This document shows positions 8,196 to 17,652 of a stretch of DNA of 32,000 bases, in pieces. The DNA comes from an uncultured archaeon. GTDB lineage: Archaea > Iainarchaeota > Iainarchaeia > Iainarchaeales > DATDZZ01. The position numbers were made by a program, and so were the translations under genes. How positions within the stretch are numbered: the stretch's first letter is position 1; each line of letters opens with the position of its first letter. The notes under the pieces are model-generated. The model was not told the origin of the DNA. It saw only the letters and a program-made list of their open reading frames with translations, and ran no database searches. The stretch lies in contig CAYJVY010000002.1 in the NCBI GenBank assembly GCA_964373795.1, forward strand, positions 84,207-116,206, written 5' to 3'.

Positions 8196-11075
8196 ATGAA
8201 ACACAACCTTGAACCCTATTCTTTGCAAAAAGAAGAAGAGATAAGAAAATTCTGGGAAAAAGAAAAAATTGCTGAAAAAGTTAGACAAAAAAATGCAAAG
8301 CATAAAAAGAAATTTTATTTCATGGACGGTCCGCCCTATGCAACAGGTCATATTCATATGGGCACGGCCTTGAATAAAATTTTGAAAGACCTTGCAATAA
8401 GGTATTGGAGAATGAAAGGCTTTCATGTATACGACAGGCCTGGATATGATACTCACGGAGTGCCAATAGAGCATCAAATTGAAAAAAAACATGAATTTAA
8501 AAGCAAGCAAGACATTGAAAAATTTGGAGTAAAAAAATTTGTTTCAGAATGCAAGCAATTTGCAACTCAATTCATTGACACAATGAATTCAGAATTCAAT
8601 GACTTAGGAGTGTGGATGGATTGGAGCAATCCATATCTAACTCTTTCAAATGAATACATTCAAGCAATATGGTTTGCATTCAAAAAAGCTCACGAAAAAG
8701 GCTTACTATACTTAGGAGATTACTCTGTTTGGACTTGCACTAGATGTGAAACAGCTGTTGCATTCAATGAAATTGAATACCAAAAACAAACAGATACATC
8801 TGTTTACGTTAAATTTCCAATGCAAGGCCAAGAAAAAACTTTTCTAATTATTTGGACTACTACTCCTTGGACTTTGCCTGGAAACACTGGAGTAATGGTT
8901 CACCCAGACTATGAATATGATTTCGTGAAAATGAGTAACGGAGAAAAATGGGTTATTGCAAAAGAAAAAACTCAAGAATTAATGAAAGCAATTGAGGCTG
9001 GTTATTCAATTGAAAAAACAGTTAAAGGAAAAGAATTAGAAGGCCTTAAATACGAAAACCCTTTACTAAAAAATTTAAAGCTAGGAAAACTAGAAAAAGG
9101 TTATAGAGTTGTTTTAAGCGCGCGTTACGTGAACGTAATAGATGGAACTGGATTAGTTCACTGCGCCCCAGGATATGGAAAAGAAGATCGCGAAGTAGGA
9201 GTAAAAGAAGGCTTGCCAGTTATATGCATGGTTAAAATGAATGGCTTCTTTGATGAAAGAGGAGGAAAATATTCAGGAAAAAAAGCCCGCATTGTAGACG
9301 AAGAAATAATTTCAGATTTAGAAGCAGAAAAAATTCTTGTATTCAAGCATCCATTTACACATGACTATCCTGTTTGCTGGAGATGCAAAACTCCTTTGCT
9401 TACATTAAGTCATCCTCAATGGTTTTTCAAAATAACAGACATTCAAGAAAAAATGATTGAATTAAATAAAAAAGTTAAATGGAGTCCAAACTCAATGCAG
9501 GCAAGATTTCAAAACTGGTTGGAATCTCTTTCCGATTGGCCTGTTTCAAGGGCAAGGTATTGGGGAACTCCTCTTCCAATATGGGTTTGCAGTTCATGTA
9601 AAGAAAAAAAAGTAATTGGATCAATTCAAGAACTATTAAAAGAAAGTGGATTAAAAAAAATTCAAGAAATGCATAAGCCTGAAATAGATGAAATATTAAT
9701 TCCATGCAAATGCGGAAAACAAATGCATAGAGTTCCAGAAGTATTAGATGTATGGTTTGATGCTGGGTCAAGTTCTTGGGGCGCACTAGATTTTCCTGAA
9801 AACGAAAAATTATTCAAAGAGTTTTGGCCAGCTCAATTAAATATTGAAGGAACAGATCAATTCAGAGGATGGTGGAATGCTCAAATGATTTTATCCACTA
9901 TTTGCTTTGATAAAAGTCCTTTCCAAAATGTAATGGTTCATGGAATGGTTTTAGGAATGGGAAAAACAAAAATGAGCAAATCTCTTGGAAACATTGTTCA
10001 ACCAACTGAAGTAATTCAAAAATTTAACAGAGACTATTTAAGGTATTTTTTCACTTCAAACAGTAAAGGAGAAGACATTGAATTTGATTGGGAAGCCTTC
10101 AAAGAAATAAACAGATTCTTCAACATTTTATGGAATACATACAATTATGTAAACCTTTACTTAGACATTGACTTTAATGAAAAAATTGATTTAAAAAAAC
10201 TCGAAGTAGAAGATAAATGGATTTTAAGCAAACTAAATTCATTAATTAAAGAATGCGCAGAGGGATTTGAAGAATACAATTATGCAAAAATAGCTTACTC
10301 TATAGACAAATTTGTAGTAGAAGATTTATCCAGAACATTCATTAAAATGATTCGCGACAGAGTGGATTCAGTTGAAGAAAAAAAAAGCAAATCACTGCAA
10401 AAAACATTAAATCAAGTGCTTTACTCATTGCTATGCGTTTTAGCTCCAATTACCCCTCATTTAAGTGAATACATGTATTTACATGCATCAAAACAAAATA
10501 AAAAAATTGATTCAATTCATTTACATTCATTTCCAGAAATTGAAAAAAAATTGCTGAACAATGAATTGGAAAAAGAAATGGAGTTAGTGAAAGAAATAAT
10601 TCAATTAACTGCAAGCATGCGAGAAGAAAAAAAATTAAAACTAAAATGGGTTTTAAAAGAATTAATTATTCAAATAGAGCCTTCAAAAATTAAATCTTTT
10701 TTGCCTTCAACTCAAGAACTACTTGCAAGAATGAGTAATGTAAAAAAAGTTCTAATTTCAAGTTCTCAACCAAAAGGCGAATTAGTGCAAAAACAATTAG
10801 AAGGATTCACTCTATATCTAAGAATAGATGCAGATGAAGAATTAAAACAAGAATGGGAGCTCCGCGAACTAACAAGAAAAATTCAAGACACTAGAAAAAA
10901 ATTAAACTTAAATCCAACTCAAATAGTTCAATTAAACATTTCTTGCTCGGATTCTGATTTCTTAAAAAAATTTGGAAAAGAAATAGAGCAAGACACTAAT
11001 ACAAAAATTTCTTTAAAAGAAGGAATAAAAGAAAAACTACTTGAAAGAGAATTCTTTATTGAAATAAAAGCTTAA
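8196..11075 (+). CDS. ileS: Isoleucyl-tRNA synthetase.
   Basis: Class I signatures PPYATGHIHMGTA (HIGH) and KMSKS. IleRS-specific blocks GYDTHGVPIE and IWTTTPWTLPGNTG. Zinc-type CxxC pairs. The track ORF starts at TTG 8163; the ATG at 8196 (MKHNLEPYS...) is the more likely start. Confidence 0.92.
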   Translation: MKHNLEPYSLQKEEEIRKFWEKEKIAEKVRQKNAKHKKKFYFMDGPPYATGHIHMGTALNKILKDLAIRYWRMKGFHVYDRPGYDTHGVPIEHQIEKKHEFKSKQDIEKFGVKKFVSECKQFATQFIDTMNSEFNDLGVWMDWSNPYLTLSNEYIQAIWFAFKKAHEKGLLYLGDYSVWTCTRCETAVAFNEIEYQKQTDTSVYVKFPMQGQEKTFLIIWTTTPWTLPGNTGVMVHPDYEYDFVKMSNGEKWVIAKEKTQELMKAIEAGYSIEKTVKGKELEGLKYENPLLKNLKLGKLEKGYRVVLSARYVNVIDGTGLVHCAPGYGKEDREVGVKEGLPVICMVKMNGFFDERGGKYSGKKARIVDEEIISDLEAEKILVFKHPFTHDYPVCWRCKTPLLTLSHPQWFFKITDIQEKMIELNKKVKWSPNSMQARFQNWLESLSDWPVSRARYWGTPLPIWVCSSCKEKKVIGSIQELLKESGLKKIQEMHKPEIDEILIPCKCGKQMHRVPEVLDVWFDAGSSSWGALDFPENEKLFKEFWPAQLNIEGTDQFRGWWNAQMILSTICFDKSPFQNVMVHGMVLGMGKTKMSKSLGNIVQPTEVIQKFNRDYLRYFFTSNSKGEDIEFDWEAFKEINRFFNILWNTYNYVNLYLDIDFNEKIDLKKLEVEDKWILSKLNSLIKECAEGFEEYNYAKIAYSIDKFVVEDLSRTFIKMIRDRVDSVEEKKSKSLQKTLNQVLYSLLCVLAPITPHLSEYMYLHASKQNKKIDSIHLHSFPEIEKKLLNNELEKEMELVKEIIQLTASMREEKKLKLKWVLKELIIQIEPSKIKSFLPSTQELLARMSNVKKVLISSSQPKGELVQKQLEGFTLYLRIDADEELKQEWELRELTRKIQDTRKKLNLNPTQIVQLNISCSDSDFLKKFGKEIEQDTNTKISLKEGIKEKLLEREFFIEIKA

Positions 11076-11100
11076 ATTTATGCACTTAAAAGGATTTTGA

Positions 11101-11412
11101 ATGCCTGAAAAAAAATTAGAAGACATTGTTGTAATGAATGAGCCTCAAAAATTCAGTGAAGAAGATGTTGAAGAAATAGCTATTCAAGTCAGAGAACAAT
11201 CAAAAAAATCTGGTTTTGTTAAAGGAATTATTGCAATTGTAATTGGATTGGCAATAGTTTTATTTATTGCTCCAACGGGGCAATACACTTTATTTGGAAC
11301 TTCTTTTGGACAACTTGAATCAATTGCATTATTTGCAGGAATTATGTTAATTTTATTTGGATTAAATGAAATATTTCAATTTATGTCAATGCTTAGAGGA
11401 GGACAACAATGA
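11101..11412 (+). CDS. Small two-TM membrane protein, function unknown.
   Basis: 103-aa ORF with an acidic N-terminus and two hydrophobic helices. Its stop overlaps the acyP start (ATGA at 11409-11412), which suggests translational coupling. Confidence 0.55.
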   Translation: MPEKKLEDIVVMNEPQKFSEEDVEEIAIQVREQSKKSGFVKGIIAIVIGLAIVLFIAPTGQYTLFGTSFGQLESIALFAGIMLILFGLNEIFQFMSMLRGGQQ

Positions 11413-11678
11413 AAAGACTTCACTGCATTATTTCAGGAATAGTTCAAGGAGTTGGATTTAGATTCTTTGTTTTCCGCACAGCAAGCGAACTAGAATTAAA
11501 TGGATGGGTAAAAAACTTGTTTGATGAAAGAGTTGAATTAATTGTAGAAGGAGAAGAAAAAAAATTAAAACAATTTCTTGAAAAAATCAAAAAAGGTCCT
11601 TTATTTGGAAGAATTGAATCAGTTGAAGAAAAATGGCAAAAAGCAACTCAAGAATTTAATTCATTTGAAATCAAATAA
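11409..11678 (+). CDS. acyP: Acylphosphatase.
   Basis: 89 aa. It carries the signature ISGIVQGVGFRFF plus NGWVKN and VELIVEG, and the size is typical. Confidence 0.85.
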   Translation: MKRLHCIISGIVQGVGFRFFVFRTASELELNGWVKNLFDERVELIVEGEEKKLKQFLEKIKKGPLFGRIESVEEKWQKATQEFNSFEIK

Positions 11679-11809
11679 AACTATTTTCTGCAAACAAAAA
11701 TTGCTTGCTTTTTATTAGACTTTTTCCTCTTAATTTTGCAAGCTTTTTTTAAAAGCTTTTAATTGTTTCGTGTTTTAAATTTGTAGAAAAAAGTAATTTG
11801 TGAAATTTT

Positions 11810-13387
11810 ATGGATTTAATTGTTAAAGGATTAAGTTTAAGCATTGGAAAACAAGAAATTTTCATTGACGAAAGTTTTGGAATCAAGGATGGTGCAAAGG
11901 TTGGAATAATTGGCAGAAACGGAGTTGGAAAAACAACTTTGTTGAAAACAATTATGGGAAACATTGATTATAATGGCACAATAACTTGTCAAGGCAGAAT
12001 TGCTTATTTTGCACAACATATTGATGTTGACATTAATTTGACTGTTTTAGAAGAATTAAACAAAGGCTTTGATTCAAAAGCAATTGAAGAAGAACTAAAA
12101 AGCATTGAAAAACAAATGGTTGATCCAAAAATCAATGAAAACTTGGAAAAAATAACAAAAATTACTGAAAGATATTCTGAACTGCAAGCAAGACTACAAG
12201 AAGAAACAGAATACAAATACTCAAACAAAGTCCAAGAAGTTTTAAAGACTTTAAGAATTGATAATTCTTTTGCCAGGAAAAAAGTATCAGAGTTAAGCAC
12301 TGGACAAAAAGCAATTCTTTCTTTGGCAAAAATTTTTTGCTCTAAATGCGACATACTTTTATTGGATGAACCAACAAACCATTTGGATTTTGAAAGACTT
12401 GGCATTTTAGAAGAATATATTTCAAGATTTAAAGGAACTATATTAATTATAACACATGACAGATTTTTGTTGGACAAAGTTGCTGACACTATTTTAAAAA
12501 TTGAAAACGGCCACATAATAAAATTCCCAGGAAATTATTCTGCTTATGTCAAGCAAAGAAAAATGTTATTCGAAGCACAATTACGTTCATTCGAAAACGA
12601 AGAAAATTATTTAAGAATTCAAAGAGATAAAATTGCTCGAATTGGAAAAAGCCCTGCAAAAGTAAAACAAGGACAATACAGGGAAAGGCTTTTGGAAAAA
12701 AGAGAAAAAATTGACAAACCAGACATGGATAAATCAGACTTCAAAGTGCATTTTAGTTCCAAAGAAATAAAGTCTCCAATAGTTTTAACTTTAAAAGAAT
12801 TAACTATAGGATATACTAAACCAATTCTTGAAAAAATTAATTTAACAATTGGTTTAGGTAACAGAATTGTAATTGTAGGCGAAAACGGATCAGGAAAAAC
12901 AACTCTGCTTAAAGCAATTGAAGGCCGGATTGCACCTCTTTCAGGCGAAATAATTTTTGCACACGAAACACAAATAGGATATGCAGATCAAGACTTAAAA
13001 GAATTAAATTATGAAAACACAGTTTATGATGAAATCAACAATGAATGCCAAGACTTGCCAACAACCAGAGCAAATCTTTCAATGATTGGATTCAGAAAAG
13101 ACGAAGAAGTGGAAAAAAAAGTTTCATCTTTAAGCATGGGAGAAAAATCCAGACTAAATTTATTGAAAGTTTTATTGCATAAACCAAATTTTTTGCTTTT
13201 AGATGAACCAACAAATCATTTAGATATTGATGCAAGAGAAATAATTGAAGAAGCTTTCCTTAATTATAATGGCGCAATTTTGGCTGTCTCACATGACAGG
13301 TATTTTATCAAAAAAATTGCAGACAGAATTATAAAAATAGAAAACAAAACATTAAAAGAAATGATTAGAAAAAACACTTTCAGTTAA
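11810..13387 (+). CDS. ABC-F family ATPase (two ABC cassettes, no TM domain, charged inter-domain linker).
   Basis: Walker A motifs GRNGVGKTT and GENGSGKTT. Signature variants LSTGQK and LSMGEK. Walker B LLLDEPTNHLD occurs twice. An Arg/Lys-rich linker lies between the cassettes (QRKMLFEAQLRSFENEENYLRIQRDKIARIGKSPAKVKQGQYRERLLEKR). Confidence 0.85.
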   Translation: MDLIVKGLSLSIGKQEIFIDESFGIKDGAKVGIIGRNGVGKTTLLKTIMGNIDYNGTITCQGRIAYFAQHIDVDINLTVLEELNKGFDSKAIEEELKSIEKQMVDPKINENLEKITKITERYSELQARLQEETEYKYSNKVQEVLKTLRIDNSFARKKVSELSTGQKAILSLAKIFCSKCDILLLDEPTNHLDFERLGILEEYISRFKGTILIITHDRFLLDKVADTILKIENGHIIKFPGNYSAYVKQRKMLFEAQLRSFENEENYLRIQRDKIARIGKSPAKVKQGQYRERLLEKREKIDKPDMDKSDFKVHFSSKEIKSPIVLTLKELTIGYTKPILEKINLTIGLGNRIVIVGENGSGKTTLLKAIEGRIAPLSGEIIFAHETQIGYADQDLKELNYENTVYDEINNECQDLPTTRANLSMIGFRKDEEVEKKVSSLSMGEKSRLNLLKVLLHKPNFLLLDEPTNHLDIDAREIIEEAFLNYNGAILAVSHDRYFIKKIADRIIKIENKTLKEMIRKNTFS

Positions 13388-13397
13388 AAATTAGAAA

Positions 13398-13538
13398 TTA
13401 TTTAAATTGCCTGCTAATTTCTGATTTAAATCTATAACCACATTTCTTGCAAGCAAATTCTGTTTCAGTTGGCTTGATTGAAGGCATTTCTTCTACTTCC
13501 CAACTTTCACATTTCGGGCAAACTCTTGATTTATACAT
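13398..13538 (-). CDS. Unlisted 46-aa zinc-ribbon protein.
   Basis: My translation: MYKSRVCPKCESWEVEEMPSIKPTETEFACKKCGYRFKSEISRQFK-TAA. It has two CxxC pairs. GGAGTG lies 6 nt upstream of the ATG. It sits directly downstream of 13561..13854 on the same strand. Confidence 0.5.
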   Translation of the reverse strand: MYKSRVCPKCESWEVEEMPSIKPTETEFACKKCGYRFKSEISRQFK

Positions 13539-13560
13539 TTAAAGCACTCCAAAAAAAAAT

Positions 13561-13854
13561 CTACCATGGATTAAATTCTTTATTGCATTTTTTGCAAATA
13601 TAATGATAACCAACTTTACTCAAGTCTTCAATTTTTTCAATATTTTTTTCTGATTTGCATTCAAGGCAACAAGTTTGTTCAATGTATTCAATTAATTGTT
13701 TTTCAGTTCTAGTGAATCCACAGTTATTGCACTTCAAAACAAATTTTTCATGTGTTGGAGCTAATTGCACGTCTTCTCTTGGATTATCAACTTCAATTGA
13801 AAAATTTAGTTCAGTCCCACATTTCGGACAGGCATTGTTTGATGCTTTTTTCAT
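13561..13854 (-). CDS. Small multi-zinc-ribbon protein (four CxxC pairs).
   Basis: 97-aa ORF containing CPKCG, CNNCG, CLEC and CKKC. Confidence 0.6.
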   Translation of the reverse strand: MKKASNNACPKCGTELNFSIEVDNPREDVQLAPTHEKFVLKCNNCGFTRTEKQLIEYIEQTCCLECKSEKNIEKIEDLSKVGYHYICKKCNKEFNPW

Positions 13855-13962
13855 TCAAATCCATTTAAATAAGCTGCAAAAAATATTTTAATTATTGGAT
13901 TGATCTTAGAAAACAAATTAATTCAACTTAAATTCTTTTCTGAAATAACTTTATTGAATAAA

Positions 13963-14337
13963 ATGGCAGAACAATATTGTGAAGCTTGCAAGAATGCTGA
14001 AAAGGGTTTATTGGAAATAAACTCCAAACAGCGCATGGATCTTGTTAGGATTGAAACAATGATGAGTTGTGGTTGTGGAGGTAATGTAACTCACACAATT
14101 TTTTTATGCAAAAAATGTAACAAATACTATTTAATTAGGTATGAGGCACATTGGCCTCCCTCTAGTGAAGACATTTATATATATGAAATAAACAAAAGTA
14201 AAGCAATAAAAGCAGTTCTAGAACTAAAAAAATGTAAAAACTTGGAAAGTGATTCATGCCAGTGTACAATTCACAAAAACTCAGAACAATTACATGCTGA
14301 ACTTGAAGGCGAAAAAAAATATTTCAAAAGCCTTTAA
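13963..14337 (+). CDS. Small Cys-rich protein, function unknown.
   Basis: The track ORF starts at 13900 with a non-ATG codon; the ATG at 13963 (MAEQYCEACKNAEKG...) is the more likely start. It contains CEAC, CGCGG, CKKC and a C-x-C near the C-terminus. Confidence 0.5.
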   Translation: MAEQYCEACKNAEKGLLEINSKQRMDLVRIETMMSCGCGGNVTHTIFLCKKCNKYYLIRYEAHWPPSSEDIYIYEINKSKAIKAVLELKKCKNLESDSCQCTIHKNSEQLHAELEGEKKYFKSL

Positions 14338-14363
14338 TAGAAAATTTTCAGAATTCACACACA

Positions 14364-14705
14364 CTATTTTCCTAAAACCTTTTTCAAAACTTCAATTTTT
14401 GCATTGCAAAACTCTATCTCTATTGTAGAGGCTGGAATTGCAAAAGATTTTTTACATAATGGATGGTAACAGGTGTGTTGGCATTTTGGATCTCCACACC
14501 TGCAGATTCCCTGTGCACCTTCTAAATAAAAATCTAATTGATCGAGCTCTTCCAAAATTTTTTCTCTCTTGCCTTCTTTTAATTCTCTTTCTTTTTCTTT
14601 TCTATATCTTTCTACATGCTTGTCGAAATTTTTACTTAAGTCATTAAAATATTCTTTTGCTTCTTCTGGCAATTCATCAAATTTTGAAATTTTTTTCATA
14701 ACCAT
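14364..14705 (-). CDS. Small charged protein with a Cys/His-rich C-terminal module, function unknown.
   Basis: 113-aa ORF with a Lys/Glu-rich helix followed by ICRCGDPKCQHTCYHPLCKK. Its start lies 1 nt after the stop of the upstream gene 14707..15120, suggesting an operon. Confidence 0.55.
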   Translation of the reverse strand: MVMKKISKFDELPEEAKEYFNDLSKNFDKHVERYRKEKERELKEGKREKILEELDQLDFYLEGAQGICRCGDPKCQHTCYHPLCKKSFAIPASTIEIEFCNAKIEVLKKVLGK

Positions 14706-14706
14706 T

Positions 14707-15120
14707 TCACTTACCCTCCACCTTAAACTCTTTTACATGAGGGTATTGTTTTTGAATTGCTTTCTTCAACTTTTTAGCTGCATCTTCTTTTGAAGACCCT
14801 ACTGCAGCCATTCTTGTTTCACTTGAATAGGCTGCATACTTATATAATCCAACATTATAATTGTCAACATAAATTGTTAATTTCTCTGGAACATCTTTTT
14901 TTGGAACAGGTTTGTGTTCTTCATGGCTTAACCCATGTGCAACTGTAAGAACCATGTTTTCAGATCCACAGTAAAGGCACTTAGGGGTTTTGTTTTTCCA
15001 AACAGCTATTTCATCTCTATGACAACAATTATTACAAATAAATATATGAGTAAGAAATCCCTCTCCTTTTAGATATTTTTCTTTCATTTTTTCAAGCTGT
15101 TCAACGTCTATTTCACACAT
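14707..15120 (-). CDS. Small protein with an N-terminal zinc ribbon, function unknown.
   Basis: 137-aa ORF containing CNNCC...CLYCG. Confidence 0.6.
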   Translation of the reverse strand: MCEIDVEQLEKMKEKYLKGEGFLTHIFICNNCCHRDEIAVWKNKTPKCLYCGSENMVLTVAHGLSHEEHKPVPKKDVPEKLTIYVDNYNVGLYKYAAYSSETRMAAVGSSKEDAAKKLKKAIQKQYPHVKEFKVEGK

Positions 15121-15315
15121 AATTTCGCCTCAAACTCTTTTACAACCATCTACAAATCAATAATATTTAATCAAACAACAATATTAATTAGACTGTAAAT
15201 GAATCAAAAAAAAAGATAAATTATTAGTCAAGCAATACTGTAGCAATAATTAGTGGAAATAAAATATTTGCAGAGATGTTTTCCTTTCGTCTAAGAATTC
15301 GTGAGCAGTAATTGA

Positions 15316-16302
15316 TCAGTCAACAAAAGCGCCAGCAACTAATAAAGGAAACAAAATAGTTGTATCACCTACAACTTTCACTGTTTCTGCGCCTGCGGAA
15401 ATCTTGCCCCAACTCTTTGCTTCTTCTGGTTCAGCTCCAGAATCAGAGCCATCAAATTCAGAAGCAGTATTCAAGTAAACAGCATATTTTGCTCCTTCAC
15501 GATACATGTTTGCATTGCAAAGAGTGTGTTTTACTACTCCAGAACCAAGAATTAATAACCCTGTTTCATTTGCATCTAAAACCATTTCAACTAATTTATG
15601 ATGATCCATTGCTTGATCTATTTTCAATTCTTGAGAAATATTGTAATTAAAGAAATAAACATTGTCTCCAATTGCTCCATCCATGAATGCAGGGCAAAAA
15701 ACAGGAATTCCATTCTTTTGAGCCCAAAAATAAATTGATTCTTCATTATTAATTTGGTTACTCATTTCATTAATTATTTCTGAAGGAGAAAAAATTTTTT
15801 TCTCTTTACGTTGGCGTTCAAGAAATTGTTTTAAAATTGGTTGAAAGAATTCTTCAAACCAAACATACCTATCATTTGGAACAAAAATGTTTCCAATTCT
15901 GTTCACTCCTTTTTCTCTAAGCTTTACTCCATCTGCTCTGAAATCTCCTTGAAGGAAAGCGAATTTGGTTTTAATGAAGTCTTCTTCAATGCCTCCAGTA
16001 GTTGTTACAAGGCAGTCAACTAATTTGTTTTGAACTAAGTAACGAATTATTTCGCGGTTGCCGGAAGAAACTTGATTTGAAGTGAAACCTAAAAAAATTG
16101 TTACTTTTTCTTTACGCATTTTTTTAATTATTTCAACTGCTTTTCCTAAATTAGAGGCCTGAAAACCTGCGTCTTTAAATGAATTCAAAAATTTTTTGAA
16201 TTCCAAGCCTTGATCAAAGTCATATCCTTTAATTGAGGTTCCTTCAAATTTCGAGCTTTTTTTAAAAATGCTTTTCTTTGCATCTTCAAAGGTTTTCTTC
16301 AT
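15316..16302 (-). CDS. dys: Deoxyhypusine synthase.
   Basis: 328 aa. Blocks read: GFTSNQVSSGNREIIRYLVQNKLVDCLVTTTGGIEEDFIK, LILGSGVVKH, and the catalytic-lysine context EEAKSWGKI. Confidence 0.9.
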   Translation of the reverse strand: MKKTFEDAKKSIFKKSSKFEGTSIKGYDFDQGLEFKKFLNSFKDAGFQASNLGKAVEIIKKMRKEKVTIFLGFTSNQVSSGNREIIRYLVQNKLVDCLVTTTGGIEEDFIKTKFAFLQGDFRADGVKLREKGVNRIGNIFVPNDRYVWFEEFFQPILKQFLERQRKEKKIFSPSEIINEMSNQINNEESIYFWAQKNGIPVFCPAFMDGAIGDNVYFFNYNISQELKIDQAMDHHKLVEMVLDANETGLLILGSGVVKHTLCNANMYREGAKYAVYLNTASEFDGSDSGAEPEEAKSWGKISAGAETVKVVGDTTILFPLLVAGAFVD

Positions 16303-16331
16303 ATTAAATCAAACAAGAATAAAAAGAATTT

Positions 16332-16505
16332 TTATCCTAAGACTTTTAAAAATTTTAAAAATACTAATCCAAGAGAAACAACAATTGATGCTCCTACAAC
16401 AAATTTAGGGGAAATCTTTATCCCAGAATCTGATTCAAATATTTGCATTATTCCAATACTAGAACTTGGCCCTCCAACTGTTGGCCCTGATTTAACTAAT
16501 TTCAC
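16332..16505 (-). CDS. secG: Unlisted 57-aa tail-anchored protein resembling archaeal Sec61beta/SecG; GTG start.
   Basis: My codon-by-codon translation: GTG-KLVKSGPTVGGPSSSIGIMQIFESDSGIKISPKFVVGASIVVSLGLVFLKFLKVLG-TAA. GAGGTGA ends 4 nt before the GTG. The GIKISP motif followed by a single C-terminal TM matches the Sec61beta family pattern. Confidence 0.6.
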   Translation of the reverse strand: MKLVKSGPTVGGPSSSIGIMQIFESDSGIKISPKFVVGASIVVSLGLVFLKFLKVLG

Positions 16506-16602
16506 TTTTTCACCTCTGCCTGCATTATTTTATAAGAGTTAACAATTTTATATTGGTTAAGGATTATAAATATATTATTTTGAATCATTTTAAGTGAATT
16601 AA

Positions 16603-17538
16603 ATGGATTTAGGAAAAATGAAAAACGCTTTAGGAATGCTTTCACATGTAGCAGTATTAATTGCTTTACTGCTTGTACTACTTGGAGTGCTTACTTGGAC
16701 TGGAATAATTAGATGCAGTGTTATTCCTACTTGGTGTGATTTGTATGAAATGGTTGTAGGCGAGCCAAAAATATTAATTGTTTACGGAGATGATGGATTA
16801 GGGGATCCATTAAAATTACAACAAGTTTTTGAAGACAGAGAAGTATTAGGAAAAAGAGTTGATGCAAAGCATTTCAATTTCATTAGTGAAAATAATTTAA
16901 AAGAATACAATTTAGTAATAGTTGAACGCGCTAAAACCTTGTCAACAAAAAAATTAGAAGACTTGCTAAGCTATGCAAACGCAGGAGGAAAAAGATTAAT
17001 TTGGACAGCAGATAGTGGAACTGCTTTAACTGCTCAAGACATTAAAGACGATTTATATTTATATGAAGACGAAGCATTTGGAAAAGGCAAGCCACATGAA
17101 AAAATTGGGGCATGGGCTAGAAAAAACAAGGAAGGAAAAATATTGAATTTAGAAAACTTTATTTCAGTTCATTATATAGGAAATTATTGCAAGTTAACTA
17201 ACTGCATTACTCCTAATTCAAAATCCGGAAAACTAGTTGCAACTGATTCAAGTCATCCACTGGTTTTTGCTTTACGTTCAGACTTGGATTACTATGGAGA
17301 TTTTACTGTAGTAGAAGAAGTGAAAGGAGTTGGAACAAACATTATTTTAAGCTTGGATGCAGGAAAACCAATTCCAATAAAAGAAGATGAAACTAAAAGA
17401 ATTGTTCCATTAATTGTAACATCTGGAACGCTTACAGAAAACATAATGTATTATGCTTTTCCATTAGAACAAGCCCTTGAAAACGAAAACAAGTATCCTT
17501 CATTAATTCAAAACATTTACAAAACAAGTTTTAGGTAA
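16603..17538 (+). CDS. Membrane-anchored protein, paralog 1, with a possible GATase1/ThuA-like fold.
   Basis: 311-aa ORF with an N-terminal TM. It shares blocks with the next gene: EPK.LIV.G ... EYNLVIV ... GGKRLIWTADSGT. Confidence 0.6.
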   Translation: MDLGKMKNALGMLSHVAVLIALLLVLLGVLTWTGIIRCSVIPTWCDLYEMVVGEPKILIVYGDDGLGDPLKLQQVFEDREVLGKRVDAKHFNFISENNLKEYNLVIVERAKTLSTKKLEDLLSYANAGGKRLIWTADSGTALTAQDIKDDLYLYEDEAFGKGKPHEKIGAWARKNKEGKILNLENFISVHYIGNYCKLTNCITPNSKSGKLVATDSSHPLVFALRSDLDYYGDFTVVEEVKGVGTNIILSLDAGKPIPIKEDETKRIVPLIVTSGTLTENIMYYAFPLEQALENENKYPSLIQNIYKTSFR

Positions 17539-17652
17539 AAAATCACGTAAGATTTAAATAGGTGAACGAACTTTACTACAACAAAACTATTATAAATAAA
17601 AGAGTGAATTAAATTAATATAAGTCAAACAAAAAATGGAAGGTGAAGAATAA

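Noticed and set aside
6749-9786. Track ORFs 6749..6934 (+), 8181..8510 (-), 9158..9346 (-) and 9475..9786 (-).
   Set aside because: They are embedded antisense in the antiporter and ileS genes, whose own frames are strongly supported.
11749-12516. Minus-strand track ORFs 11749..11964, 11837..12019 and 12004..12516 (170 aa).
   Set aside because: They are antisense to the ABC-F gene, which has unambiguous Walker and signature motifs. The 170-aa ORF is Ser/Phe/Ile-rich with no recognisable features.
13655-16023. Track ORFs 13655..13891, 14438..14647, 14569..14793, 15360..15650 and 15841..16023 (all +).
   Set aside because: They are antisense to the zinc-ribbon genes and dys. The opposite-strand products have coherent CxxC or enzyme motifs.
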